64,000 bases of DNA from a virus: positions 79,034-143,033 of the IMG/VR virus record IMGVR_UViG_3300037245_000806, one strand, 5' to 3'. The notes under the pieces were generated by a model. The model saw only the letters and a program-made list of their open reading frames with translations, searched no databases and was not told where the DNA came from. Positions 26,086 through 35,910 of this stretch are shown here, piece by piece; the stretch's first letter is position 1, and every line of letters starts with the position of its first letter. The translations under genes and the position numbers were made by a program.

Positions 26086-26970
26086 CTAGCAGCGGAAGTC
26101 CGACCGCACGAGTTGCTCCTGCCTCGCCTCGCGCTTCAACGCGTAGGCACCTTCAGACTTCTGCACCTTGGCGTTGCACTCGTCGATCTTCTCGGCGAGG
26201 TCACTGAAGACTGAAGGCCACCGCTCAGCGAAGACGCGGAGCACGTTCTGCGCGATGCCCCTGATCTCCCACTGCGCGCGCGGGTTCAGGCCCCGGTGCT
26301 CGAAGATGTGCCGCCACGTGTGGAAATTGAAGGTAGCGGCGACCTCTGTCTTCGTCTCGTTGGGGAGCTTGAAGCGGGCGTCCTCTGCCTTGAAGCCCGC
26401 CTTGTCGCGCCACCACAGGTACTTCAGGTACGCATCGCGACAGTCGGAGAGCCACTGGAACTTGAGAAGCTCCTGCGTGGGTGTGGTGTTGAGCGCGTAT
26501 ATCGACTCACCACTCTCATGGGACCACCTCGGTGAGCCCTCACAAGCGCCGTGCTCGATGGCACCGAACTCCCACCGTCCGGTCGCGAGCGGCATCGGCT
26601 GCGCGGGCACCACGGCAAAGCCCTTCTTGCCGTAGTCACAGTACCTCTGGGACTCCTGCGAGTACGCAGCAATCCGGTGCCTGACGAGTTGATGCGACAT
26701 CGCACGCGAACCCGTCCAGACGACCGACGCCGTGGCATGCTCGATCATGGAGGTATGCCCCATGTCACGGCAGAAGCGCGCGACGAAGTCGGGTGCCGAG
26801 CCGGGTGCAATCTTGTGCTCCGACTTATAGCAGCGCCGCCCGGCGTTCTCGATAAGCTCGACCAGCCCGCTCGTCCAGCCATCCGGCGTGAGCACCTCAA
26901 ACGTCGGCGCGTGTACCGTCAGCACATCACCCTTCTTGGGCTCCATCACTGCGTCTTGTTTCTCGTCCAC
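26086..26970 (-). CDS. thyX: Flavin-dependent thymidylate synthase
   Basis: GHTSMIEH, SRAMSHQLVRHRIAAYSQESQRY, EDARFKLP and AQWEIR motifs. Confidence 0.95.
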   Translation of the reverse strand: MDEKQDAVMEPKKGDVLTVHAPTFEVLTPDGWTSGLVELIENAGRRCYKSEHKIAPGSAPDFVARFCRDMGHTSMIEHATASVVWTGSRAMSHQLVRHRIAAYSQESQRYCDYGKKGFAVVPAQPMPLATGRWEFGAIEHGACEGSPRWSHESGESIYALNTTPTQELLKFQWLSDCRDAYLKYLWWRDKAGFKAEDARFKLPNETKTEVAATFNFHTWRHIFEHRGLNPRAQWEIRGIAQNVLRVFAERWPSVFSDLAEKIDECNAKVQKSEGAYALKREARQEQLVRSDFRC

Positions 26971-26992
26971 GGCTATCTCCTCCCGTGTAGTC

Positions 26993-27190
26993 CTATGACC
27001 TCTTTAGGTCGATACCCACTGCGCCATCCAGCACGTCACTTACGTCACCACCCTCCGCACCAACGGAAAGCTTCCCATCCTTTATCGCGGCGGCGAGCAC
27101 GACAGAGCCCTTGGGGTGGCACGCAAACACGGTGTGTATACCCTCGAAGATCAGCTTCTTGCCGTTCTCGTCGATCACTGTTACGACCAT
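26993..27190 (-). CDS. Small hypothetical protein
   Basis: MVVTVIDENG..., RBS GGGGAGG; 65 aa. Confidence 0.55.
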   Translation of the reverse strand: MVVTVIDENGKKLIFEGIHTVFACHPKGSVVLAAAIKDGKLSVGAEGGDVSDVLDGAVGIDLKRS

Positions 27191-27209
27191 CACGGCCTCC
27201 CCCGTAGTC

Positions 27210-27824
27210 TTATATCGCCCCCGTCTTTCGCTCGACCTTGATGCGCGACTCAGCATCCGCGAGCAACTCCTTGAAGTCAGCCCCATGCACCTGAAAATTC
27301 ACATGCTTCATGGGCTTCTGGTATGGATCACGGATGCTGAACGAGGCGCTGATAGGCCCCGTGACCTCAAGGCTCCACATATCCGCGCGCTTGCCGTCGT
27401 AGATACGTTTGGCCTGTGACGTGATGTGAAGGTTCTCAACGTGGTGCTCACCGAGCACGTACAACTGCCCGACGAACGTTGCCTCAGACATCACACCAAA
27501 CACCGTGCGCATGTCCTTGCCATCGCCGGGTGCCCGCGCGGGGAGGAACGCCAACTCCCCCTGAGCAAGCCGACGCGTAATAACAGCGAGTGCCTTGCCG
27601 TAGTTGTATGGCTTCTTGTCAATGAGGATGAGCGGCACGTTGTCATCTATCATGGTGTGCGCAGCCATGACATCAACGGTACCGTCCTCACGCCATGTCT
27701 CGCACTGCGTGAGCGCCTGCTGAAGATCGCGGTTAAGGTACGGAACCTTGAGGAAGACGGCGAGCTTGGTCTTGAAGCCCTCGCACAGTTTGCAGCCCAG
27801 CTTGGAATACACGATGATCTCCAC
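27210..27824 (-). CDS. Glutaredoxin/NrdH-like N-terminal domain fused to an unknown domain
   Basis: IIVYSKLGCKLC (CxxC) and VPLILID (cis-Pro motif); ~110-aa extra C-terminal domain. Confidence 0.65.
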   Translation of the reverse strand: MEIIVYSKLGCKLCEGFKTKLAVFLKVPYLNRDLQQALTQCETWREDGTVDVMAAHTMIDDNVPLILIDKKPYNYGKALAVITRRLAQGELAFLPARAPGDGKDMRTVFGVMSEATFVGQLYVLGEHHVENLHITSQAKRIYDGKRADMWSLEVTGPISASFSIRDPYQKPMKHVNFQVHGADFKELLADAESRIKVERKTGAI

Positions 27825-27825
27825 G

Positions 27826-28146
27826 TCACTCGCCTTTCAGTTCTTCCGCAGTGCCCTCAGTAGTGTGCTTACATTTGGCCTCACTGACCGCTTCCTCAGC
27901 CGACTTCACCGCCGACGTGGGGTCGAACACGGCGACCAGCCGCCGGTAAGGGTTGTGCTTGTGGAAGAAGATACGCAGGAACCAGCACACAGGATTGAGC
28001 CAGCACTTCCAGAAGAGCCAGCATAGAATCTGCCCGCGCAACGGATACGTCCACGGCGCGAGCGCCATGTCTGGCACGCCCTTATGTGGATCAGCCGGAT
28101 CGTTCCGGTAAGCCCACACACCCTTTGACTCGTTCTGCTCAGGCAT
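27826..28146 (-). CDS. Hypothetical protein (Trp/Cys-rich hydrophobic patch)
   Basis: 106-aa ORF packed in the operon. Confidence 0.55.
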   Translation of the reverse strand: MPEQNESKGVWAYRNDPADPHKGVPDMALAPWTYPLRGQILCWLFWKCWLNPVCWFLRIFFHKHNPYRRLVAVFDPTSAVKSAEEAVSEAKCKHTTEGTAEELKGE

Positions 28147-28507
28147 CAGGGTCTCTCACGCTTTCAATGTCATCGCCGTAGAGGTACACCTTCGCGCGCT
28201 CCAAGAGATCGCGGAAGTCGTTAATCCAGTCATTGCCGCACTGCTGGCAGAAGACGCTCGTAGTCGCGTGACGTCCCGCCCCTTTGGTAACTCGGAGGCG
28301 TTTACCGGTGGGGCGCTCCCCACACATCTCGCACAACTTCTTGTGCGCGGAGCGCACGTCCTGAATGTCAGCACGCATGGTGCCGAACCAAAGGCCCTTG
28401 TTCTGAATGCGCCGCTTCTTCTTGGGCTCTTCTTCTCGTGACACAGTGTTACGAACCTCTCGTCTAGGCACACTGGCAGGGGACCGGCTTTTAGACCGGC
28501 CCCCCAA
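28139..28507 (-). CDS. Hypothetical Zn-finger protein
   Basis: CEMC...CQQC pairs. Confidence 0.6.
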   Translation of the reverse strand: MGGRSKSRSPASVPRREVRNTVSREEEPKKKRRIQNKGLWFGTMRADIQDVRSAHKKLCEMCGERPTGKRLRVTKGAGRHATTSVFCQQCGNDWINDFRDLLERAKVYLYGDDIESVRDPDA

Positions 28508-28525
28508 CCTAAGCGCCCCCCAGCG

Positions 28526-29074
28526 CTAGAATCCAGCGTGTCTGTAACTCTTCTGAAGGAAACGGCGCATCGCGAAGCGGTACGCTTTCTTGCGCTGCGC
28601 GAAGTCCGGGTTGTCGATCTTGTCATCGCCGGTACCGTACTTGCGCTCGCGGTACGTCGCGTAAGCCTCCGGGTCAAGCACGCGGAGGAAGGTCACGGCG
28701 CGCTGTCGCCACATTTCGCCAGCAACCTGAAGCTTCGTCGGTGACTCGGGCGTGGTCGCGGTGTAGCTGAGGTCGAGGAACCGCGTGACGGCGTACAGGT
28801 ACGCCAGCTTCCTCTGCTTGAGGTCAGGCTTCTCGACCGCGTCGTCGCCTTCACCGTACTTGCGCCTGCGGTACTCGGCGTAGCCTTCTTCGTCCTCTTC
28901 CTTGAGCACGGTCACCGCGAACTGACGCCAGTGCGTTGACTCCAAGTCAAGCTGCGTGATCGATGTCGGAACACCGTCCACGTCGATCTTCTTGATCTCT
29001 TTGGTCAACGCTGCCTTCATCATCTCGAACTTCTCCGAATTGTCCTGCGGCTGCCCTTGTTTGCCGTCACTCAT
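28526..29074 (-). CDS. Hypothetical protein with an internal tandem duplication
   Basis: WRQ.AVT.L...D.E.YA.YR.RKYG.GDD....PD..QRK.AY..A..RFL occurs twice; RBS AAGGAGG. Confidence 0.7.
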   Translation of the reverse strand: MSDGKQGQPQDNSEKFEMMKAALTKEIKKIDVDGVPTSITQLDLESTHWRQFAVTVLKEEDEEGYAEYRRRKYGEGDDAVEKPDLKQRKLAYLYAVTRFLDLSYTATTPESPTKLQVAGEMWRQRAVTFLRVLDPEAYATYRERKYGTGDDKIDNPDFAQRKKAYRFAMRRFLQKSYRHAGF

Positions 29075-29255
29075 TTGCGGCCTCCTTTTCTGCGCGCTTT
29101 TGCGCGCTCTTACGACCACACTCTATGAGGTGCCCGAGCATACACCCCGGACGGGGGTGCAGGCACTCGGGGCCATCGCCAAGGTCTGCAACACCATACA
29201 CGTTGCCACAACGCCTGCACTTTCTGCGCTTGGCCGGATCGATCAAAGTCCCCAT
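29067..29255 (-). CDS. Small Cys-containing hypothetical protein
   Basis: MGTLIDPAKRRKCRRCG...C...C; RBS GGGAG; first gene after a promoter. Confidence 0.55.
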   Translation of the reverse strand: MGTLIDPAKRRKCRRCGNVYGVADLGDGPECLHPRPGCMLGHLIECGRKSAQKRAEKEAANE

Positions 29256-29329
29256 TGCCGATCTCCCTTTTCTGAGCGCTGTTGCGCTCCGGGTCCGACA
29301 GGCGGAATCCCCGCCCTTCACTGCAAAGA

Positions 29330-29358
29330 AGATTAGCGCATAGCACGGAAGATGTCAA
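29330..29358 (-). promoter_or_regulatory. Sigma70-like promoter with an inverted repeat flanking the -35
   Basis: TTGACA-17-TAATCT; TAGCACGGAA/TTCCGTGCTA inverted repeat (29341-29384) brackets the -35. Confidence 0.7.
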
Positions 29359-29388
29359 GAGTTTTTCCGTGCTATACGCAAAAATTCC

Positions 29389-29688
29389 TCACTTATTTTC
29401 CTGCGGGTCTGTGGCCTCTGTGAGCGCATCCGCGCCGCCCTCAGGTGTCTTGGCCCGAATGACCGGGGCACCCGTAGTCTTGTCAATGCCCCCCACTGTC
29501 TGTGTGTCCTCCACAATCGGAGCCTTCACAGGATTCGGCTTCAACGGTTCGTCGCCATCTGCCACGATGATCTCCTTCCATGCGTCCATGAGCGGAGTGA
29601 AGCACTCGCTGCACTCCGCGTACCCACCAGCACGAAACCGACCTTCACCGACACCAATGTCACGACCACACTTCTCGCACGTGTCCAC
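29389..29688 (-). CDS. Hypothetical Zn-finger protein
   Basis: GTG start; CEKC...CSEC. The upstream part of the track ORF overlaps the next gene and was discarded. Confidence 0.55.
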   Translation of the reverse strand: MDTCEKCGRDIGVGEGRFRAGGYAECSECFTPLMDAWKEIIVADGDEPLKPNPVKAPIVEDTQTVGGIDKTTGAPVIRAKTPEGGADALTEATDPQENK

Positions 29689-29689
29689 G

Positions 29690-30382
29690 TTACCCGTCCA
29701 TTGCCTCCTGTGCGTCGAATATCGGCGCACCACTGATCTTGGCTTCGGACCACGGCATATGCCGGAACTCCGGGTGCGCCACAACATCGCAGACCTCTGC
29801 CGCAATGGCGTCCGCGTAGGCACGTTCCGGCTCCGCATAACAACTAGGCGACCATACGACAACGACCTCATTGCCGTTGTCCTGATCGAGGACAACGAGC
29901 ACGTCTGCACTTGGCCCCGGCTCCTCTCTAAGCGGCGGGCTCTCCGACGTGTCCTCAGGCACCTCAGCGGTTGAACTCGTTGAGTATATACCGGGGCCGT
30001 ACTTGTCGCCTTGGAATCCATACGCAGCGCTCCACACCTTCATGAGAAGATCATGATAGCGGCGCTGCTCCGGGGTGGTCGTCCCCCACGCGCTGTCAAC
30101 CGCGCCCTTGAAGTTGTCGTAATCCTGCTCTTCTATAAGGGCGGTCATCACCTCTTGCCACACGGCCTTGGGCGCGATGATACGGAACCTGTAGTCGTTC
30201 CGCGTGCTCTCCTTGATGTCGTACTCCTTGAGCGCCGGGAAGCGGGCTTGAAGCTGCTCGATGTGCTCCAAGTCGCGCGCACGAATCATCATCGTACTCG
30301 GGTCAGGGGGATTGGCATGGCTGCCGTCGCCCTTGCGCGCACATACGACGCTGTAAAAACCATAGACAGTGAATACCCACAT
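29690..30382 (-). CDS. Conserved-looking phage hypothetical protein
   Basis: MWVFTVYGFYSVV...IRAR...DYRFR...DYDNFK pattern; RBS AAGGAGG. Confidence 0.7.
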   Translation of the reverse strand: MWVFTVYGFYSVVCARKGDGSHANPPDPSTMMIRARDLEHIEQLQARFPALKEYDIKESTRNDYRFRIIAPKAVWQEVMTALIEEQDYDNFKGAVDSAWGTTTPEQRRYHDLLMKVWSAAYGFQGDKYGPGIYSTSSTAEVPEDTSESPPLREEPGPSADVLVVLDQDNGNEVVVVWSPSCYAEPERAYADAIAAEVCDVVAHPEFRHMPWSEAKISGAPIFDAQEAMDG

Positions 30383-30408
30383 TTCGCCACCTCCTTCTAT
30401 GCCGGGGC

Positions 30409-30437
30409 ATATTAAGGGGGAAGCACGTGAATGTCAA
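30409..30437 (-). promoter_or_regulatory. Sigma70-like promoter
   Basis: TTGACA-17-TAATAT with an upstream A-tract. Confidence 0.75.
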
Positions 30438-30466
30438 GTTGTTTTTTCGCATGGCGCGAGAAATAT

Positions 30467-31333
30467 CTAGGCGTGACCTTGCTTCTTGATCGTGCGAAGT
30501 TTGCGCACGTAATGTTGACGTTGTGTCAAGGCCCCGAACGACATTGACTCCGCTTGCTCAGGGGACACGCGCCGGATGAACAAATGGTCCCGGCAGTTGG
30601 TCAGGCAGATTGTCGCACCGCTCCGTGGCGTAGTAGGCAAGGTCAACTTGGTGTATGGGCTGTGCTCGAACATGTACCGACACGATGGACAGGTCACCTT
30701 GTCGTCTGGACCCTTCCACCATATGGCGACGTTAGCCGGAAGGGCAATCACGCGCGCGCTCTCGTAGAAACTATTCAGCGCACTGAGGTACATACCGACG
30801 CGGCGATTGAGAGGCATGACATACGTCTCGTTGACAACAGCGTTGATGAACCCATTGAGGAAACGCATCTCATGCTGCACGGCACTCTTCAGCCACTTGT
30901 CGTCCCCGACGTCGAGCTTCACCATCACCTTGTTCTTGCCCGAGCCCTCACCCTTCGCACCACCCGCGCGAAGGCCTGCGAGGAAGACGTCCCGCCACGC
31001 CATACGCATGGTCTTCGTAACGTCTTTCCTGAACTCTTTCTCGTCAAGCTCACTTTTCTGGTATTTGCCAATAGCACGTTGTAGTGCAGCGCGTGTTCGC
31101 TTCGTGGCGACCTTGAACTTCCGAGCCCCGACTGTCTGCCCCTTCTTGCGCTCGTTGGCAAACGCCTTGGGGTCGGCGTCCTGCATACCCAATTGGTCAC
31201 GCTTGAGGGCGAGGTCGGCGAGGGCTGCGGTACCTATGGCCTTGCCCTCGAAGACAAGACCCTGCTCTTCCATCTGTTCAGCTATGAGGAAGCTGGGCTC
31301 GTAGACGAAGAGGTCGTCGAACTCGGGCTTCAT
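30467..31333 (-). CDS. MuF/gp7-like minor head (morphogenesis) protein
   Basis: DDKVTCPSC...P..G.TICLTNCR Cys pattern; located just downstream of the portal. Confidence 0.6.
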   Translation of the reverse strand: MKPEFDDLFVYEPSFLIAEQMEEQGLVFEGKAIGTAALADLALKRDQLGMQDADPKAFANERKKGQTVGARKFKVATKRTRAALQRAIGKYQKSELDEKEFRKDVTKTMRMAWRDVFLAGLRAGGAKGEGSGKNKVMVKLDVGDDKWLKSAVQHEMRFLNGFINAVVNETYVMPLNRRVGMYLSALNSFYESARVIALPANVAIWWKGPDDKVTCPSCRYMFEHSPYTKLTLPTTPRSGATICLTNCRDHLFIRRVSPEQAESMSFGALTQRQHYVRKLRTIKKQGHA

Positions 31334-31806
31334 GCTGACAGTATCCCCGTGGGTCGAGACTTAATGCCGAACTTCCGCGCCTGCGCGTCAATGTGCTGCC
31401 GGAATGAGTGCATCGCACTCGACGTCCGACTCGTATGGCTCTTGGCCTTGGAGCTACCATGGTTGGTGCGCCGGTACGTGTCGATCTCTTTATTGCGGTG
31501 CCTGCGATAAGGGCACGCGGCCCTGAGTTGATTCCTGAACGCGCGCGACCCGTTGAAGGACGGAAGGCAGTGCTTCTCCAAGCCCTTCTTACGTGGCGTG
31601 TAGCCATACGGGGCGAAGATTCCGAAGCCGGGGATGCGCACGATCTCGCCCCGCGTAACCTCGTCGGCGGTGTATTCGAGGAAATAGGCGACAAGGTTCG
31701 CAGCGAAATGGTCGCTCACGCCCATCTTCTGCGCACACTTCGTGATGGTGCGCTGTAGTGGCTCGCCCTGCTTCGTCGTCGGCATGAACGGTATGCGTAC
31801 AATCAC
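31330..31806 (-). CDS. HU/IHF-like DNA-binding protein
   Basis: FLEYTADEVTRGEIVRIPGFGIF...PSFNGSRAFR. Confidence 0.75.
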   Translation of the reverse strand: MIVRIPFMPTTKQGEPLQRTITKCAQKMGVSDHFAANLVAYFLEYTADEVTRGEIVRIPGFGIFAPYGYTPRKKGLEKHCLPSFNGSRAFRNQLRAACPYRRHRNKEIDTYRRTNHGSSKAKSHTSRTSSAMHSFRQHIDAQARKFGIKSRPTGILSA

Positions 31807-33752
31807 TTGGCTTCGTCCTTCCCCGTGTCTTCGTCCTTCTCAGCGTCTTCGTCCTCGTTGATCGGAGGCGCAACCTTGAGCGCCGCCATGTCCTCCTTGA
31901 GCAACTTCGCTTCCTTGTCGTCCTCGTAATCGTCTTCCAACAACTTCCCGGCGACAACAGGAGGCAGAATGCTCGGGTCGGTCTGCTGGAACGCACGACG
32001 CACCAACATGCTAACCTGCGCGTCCTTAGCGTCTGCCTCGTCAGCTGCCTCGTTGACTTCGTCTTCGTAGTAGTACGCTAGGTCGCCAACAACCTTCCGA
32101 AGCTCAGGGCTGCGGTGCATCATCTTGGCGATCTCAAGCTGCTCATTCGGGCTGACCGAAGTGAACCCGGTTGGCGTCATGTCCTCCATGATTGCGTTAC
32201 GCGCGTCTGGGTTCATGGCCAACAGCGTACCCCTGACGCGGGGTGACAGGTTCTCCATACCTCCGAAGCCTTCACCACCACCACCAGCAGCAGCAGCGGC
32301 AGGCTCGACCGGCGTCTTGGAAATAAGCTTCAGCACAAGGTCTTCAGGAAGCTTCGCGTAGTTCAGGAGAATGTAAATCGCCCACACCTTCGGGTCCAAC
32401 TGCATGTCGGCGGCGAGTCTGCTCATCGACTCCACGATCTGGTACCGCAGCTGGACGAGTTCAAGCCGCTCCCACTCGTCCAAGTACGATATCGGCGACA
32501 TCTGTACAAGGAATTCCTTGTCAGGCTGATGGAAGTCATAGGTGTCATCGTTGGGCTCAGTCGGGAGCAACGTGTAGTGTATTTCTAGCGTCTGCCTGAT
32601 CCCATATATCGTTGACCGCTGAAGACGCTTCGCACTGCGCGCGAACCGCACGTCCTGCTGGACAAGCGTTGCCTTCGCGTTGATCTCGCCCTCGAAGCCG
32701 AAGTACGCCTTGGGCACCTTGGCGGTACCGAAGAACTTGTCGCGGAAGTGTTCGAGGTCGTACAACTCGCCCATATTACCCGCGCCGGAAAGCGTCTCGA
32801 TACGCGTGTTGTTATTCGGGCGCATCGCCACGAAGACATCTTCCAGCGGCGTCAGAGGATTATACTGCTTCTTGTAGTTGGGGCTCGACGGATCAATGAA
32901 CTCAAGCTTCCTGAACCGCTTCCGCCAACTGTTGAGGTACGAAACAGCGTCGTGCTCCTCCATATTCCCGACGTCAACCATCACAAGATTGCGGTCCGGT
33001 GCGCGCCGCATCCGGTACATGAGCACACTGTCCTCGGCGAGGGTGAGTTGCCGCCACGGTCGGAATAGAGCGTCCAGTATCGCGGTGCCGTATCCGGCCT
33101 CCTCGTACTTGCCTAGCAACCGGAAGTGTACGTAGTCCCACGGCCACGAAACCTTCCGCTTCTTCTGCCGATACTTCTGGCCGTCTTCCCTGAAGCCGAT
33201 CAAGCGGCCATACTTATCTTCAAGTCGATGCACCTTGCTAGACGATGCCACCTTCCAGCCGAGCACACCCTTGCCTGTCTGATAGATCAACCGCTGGAAT
33301 GCGTCACCGAGCTTGCCTGTCCGACGCGTTATGAACTGGACCCGGTCTTCCATCTGCGTGTTACGCAGGCACTCGTTACCGGCAGTGATCATGGCCTTCG
33401 ACTTGGATTCGATCCACACGGAAACACCACGGTCGTAATCACGCTGGGTGGCTTCTTCCGCGTACACGTCGAGGATAGCTGAGACGAGACCGAACGTATC
33501 CATCTCTGAAAAGATGCGATACCGCTCCTTGCGATCACGCGCGATGCTGAGGTAGTTGGTATACCATTCCTGCGACTGCTCCGCGAGGGCGGCAGCTTCG
33601 TCACCATCGCCGGTAACAGTCACCGGGTGCGAGTGGCGTCCAAACAATCCAGTGAGTCGCCAAAACCACCCAACTTGGTGGGGGTCGGCCAAGCGCTGCT
33701 CACCGGAGTAACTCGGCACAGGCTTCTTTACTTGATCCTGAAGACCGGGCAC
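31803..33752 (-). CDS. Portal protein, T4 gp20-like
   Basis: EDSVLMYRMRRAPDRNLVMVDVGNM, EDVFV...TRIETLSGAGNMGELYDLEHF and QQDVRFARS motifs. Confidence 0.9.
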   Translation of the reverse strand: MPGLQDQVKKPVPSYSGEQRLADPHQVGWFWRLTGLFGRHSHPVTVTGDGDEAAALAEQSQEWYTNYLSIARDRKERYRIFSEMDTFGLVSAILDVYAEEATQRDYDRGVSVWIESKSKAMITAGNECLRNTQMEDRVQFITRRTGKLGDAFQRLIYQTGKGVLGWKVASSSKVHRLEDKYGRLIGFREDGQKYRQKKRKVSWPWDYVHFRLLGKYEEAGYGTAILDALFRPWRQLTLAEDSVLMYRMRRAPDRNLVMVDVGNMEEHDAVSYLNSWRKRFRKLEFIDPSSPNYKKQYNPLTPLEDVFVAMRPNNNTRIETLSGAGNMGELYDLEHFRDKFFGTAKVPKAYFGFEGEINAKATLVQQDVRFARSAKRLQRSTIYGIRQTLEIHYTLLPTEPNDDTYDFHQPDKEFLVQMSPISYLDEWERLELVQLRYQIVESMSRLAADMQLDPKVWAIYILLNYAKLPEDLVLKLISKTPVEPAAAAAGGGGEGFGGMENLSPRVRGTLLAMNPDARNAIMEDMTPTGFTSVSPNEQLEIAKMMHRSPELRKVVGDLAYYYEDEVNEAADEADAKDAQVSMLVRRAFQQTDPSILPPVVAGKLLEDDYEDDKEAKLLKEDMAALKVAPPINEDEDAEKDEDTGKDEAK

Positions 33753-33785
33753 TGGCTTGTCCTTCCTCGTAGTTCACAATCGCGG

Positions 33786-33814
33786 AGTATAAGGCACGAC
33801 ATGAACTCAGTCCA
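33786..33814 (-). promoter_or_regulatory. Putative promoter of the portal gene
   Basis: TGGACT-17-TATACT in the TerL-portal gap. Confidence 0.45.
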
Positions 33815-33821
33815 GCAAAAT

Positions 33822-35909
33822 TCAGTCGTCCATGGTCAAATTCGCCACGTCAACTCTAACGCCGCCGATCTCCCGCACAGCACGCTTGGCCTGCGCATGC
33901 AAGTCAACGCCGCTGTCCGGGTCAACGATCTGCCGTATGATCTTGTCGTCAATGTCCTCAATGTCCACCAGCGTGGCCCCGGCGATAGCGCGGTCGTCGG
34001 TCATGCACGCGTACACAACGCCAGCCACAGCATCACTGACATCCTTGGTACCTTTGCCACCATGCGTTGCTCGCGTCGGGTGATCGACCTTCTGCTTCTT
34101 GGCGTTCCGCTCTAGGTCAAGCAACTCACGGATATAGGGCTCGTAGCTGTACATGGCAATACGACGATCAAAGTGTGCGGCGCGAAGACTGAGGTACGGT
34201 TCGTCTGACTTGTCAACAGACTGAAGCTTCGCGTCGTAACCAGCCTTCCGCAGAAGCTGCTTGCAGTCGGCACTCTGAAAACCGTCGAAGGTTATCATGG
34301 TCAGCGGGTACAGTTTGGCGATGTAGTACACAAACGACCTGATCTTCTCCAAGTCGATTTCGGAGCCGGGTGGAGGATTGATCCTGAGCATGAAGTCGAT
34401 GATGATAAACGGGTATTCGGATACAGACCGCGTACCGTCAGGCTTCATCTTCTCCTTGCGAATGAGCCCACTCACGTGCCCCATCGCAATACCGGCGCAG
34501 TCGCCTGAGAGCGAGAGGTCAATGTGCATGAACCTCGCGGCCATGGGGTTCAAGCGCGGGGTCCAATTTGACTCGCTGATACGACACGCGATGTTCACGA
34601 CGAAAAACTCGTCAAGCATGATATCGTCTTGGTAGTCGATCATGGCCTCATGCTTGGTGAACGGATGTATGAGCGAATCGCGAACAGCATCGAATATAGA
34701 CTGCCTGTCGCGCACCAGCGGCGAGATGTTGAACGTTGCCACACCGGCTATGTCCCGCAGGTTCTGGTCAACGTCTTCGTCAAACACGGAACGGAAGTCA
34801 CCGGGGATGCCGCCAATTATCTTCGCGCCAGCCCGTGGCTCCTCGTCGTCATCAAGAATACGACTCTGAGAAACACGGTCCCCAACCTGAACACGGAAAG
34901 GCGGAAGCTTGAACTTCGACTTCGCCTTGACCTCCCACAGAGCGTAGTCTGATACAAACGTATGCGGCGAGTCCTGCACCTTCTTGAGCCGCGTCTCAAG
35001 GAAACTCGTCTGCGCGTTCCTCGACGACATCAACAGCATGATGCCGGGTATAGCCCCGCCGGGACGCAGGAAGCGTGACGTGATTCTTGAGTGTGTCGCG
35101 TTGTACAGTTCGTATGCCTGCCCGGCGATGATACCACGCTCGTTATCGCGCTTCTCACGCATGAAGTTGACTTCGTCCATGCTGAACGCGAACAGGTCAA
35201 GGCCAAGCGCGTGGAGTTCCTGCGACCCCGGTATGACTTGGAGATTCTGCCCGCCGGGCTTGAAGTCGATCTTGGAATCAATCTTCATGGAACGGGGGAA
35301 CTCTTTGCGAAAGTACGGACTCGTGTCGATCCAGCCGCGCAGCTTGAAGTACCCCGTGTCCGCGACCTGTCGCTTCGTGATTGAGTAGATACCGAAGATC
35401 AGAAGCGAGCCGGGCAAGAGCCCGTAGTAGCGCGCTGGGTCGCGAAGACAAGACATACGCTGAAGCAGGTACCCCAGCGCGGTCATGGCGAGCGTGGTTT
35501 TCCCAATCCCGATAGCCCCGGTGATTATCCACTCAAATATCTTGCTGCCGGGCTTGAACACCTCGTTCAGGTCTTCAACCCACCTCGGGTGCAAGTCCTT
35601 GCATATGAGCCCGAAGTAATGGTCGTCATTGATGAACGTATGGATATCCACGGGCTTCCTGCGGTAGTCAACCTCCCACAGAGTATCGTGTACGATGTTA
35701 TTGCTCTTGTCCTCGATGATAGCTTCGGAGAGCCACGCCAAGACGATCTTACGCTCATGCGTGCTCAAGCCGTCGAAGGTTTCGCGGTCGGTGTGAATAG
35801 CCTCTTCGGCTATACGTGTGAAGAGCCGCTCGGACTCGTCACCTAGACACGACTTGGGGAGCTTGAGTAGTGTCCCCGGCTTGCGTGCTTTAGGTCGCTT
35901 CTTCGCCAT
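33822..35909 (-). CDS. terL: Terminase large subunit
   Basis: Walker A GAIGIGKT, Walker B FSMDEVNF, nuclease motifs HIDLS, TFDGFQS and KVDHP...KDVSDA; adjacent to the portal. Confidence 0.9.
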   Translation of the reverse strand: MAKKRPKARKPGTLLKLPKSCLGDESERLFTRIAEEAIHTDRETFDGLSTHERKIVLAWLSEAIIEDKSNNIVHDTLWEVDYRRKPVDIHTFINDDHYFGLICKDLHPRWVEDLNEVFKPGSKIFEWIITGAIGIGKTTLAMTALGYLLQRMSCLRDPARYYGLLPGSLLIFGIYSITKRQVADTGYFKLRGWIDTSPYFRKEFPRSMKIDSKIDFKPGGQNLQVIPGSQELHALGLDLFAFSMDEVNFMREKRDNERGIIAGQAYELYNATHSRITSRFLRPGGAIPGIMLLMSSRNAQTSFLETRLKKVQDSPHTFVSDYALWEVKAKSKFKLPPFRVQVGDRVSQSRILDDDEEPRAGAKIIGGIPGDFRSVFDEDVDQNLRDIAGVATFNISPLVRDRQSIFDAVRDSLIHPFTKHEAMIDYQDDIMLDEFFVVNIACRISESNWTPRLNPMAARFMHIDLSLSGDCAGIAMGHVSGLIRKEKMKPDGTRSVSEYPFIIIDFMLRINPPPGSEIDLEKIRSFVYYIAKLYPLTMITFDGFQSADCKQLLRKAGYDAKLQSVDKSDEPYLSLRAAHFDRRIAMYSYEPYIRELLDLERNAKKQKVDHPTRATHGGKGTKDVSDAVAGVVYACMTDDRAIAGATLVDIEDIDDKIIRQIVDPDSGVDLHAQAKRAVREIGGVRVDVANLTMDD

Positions 35910-35910
35910 A

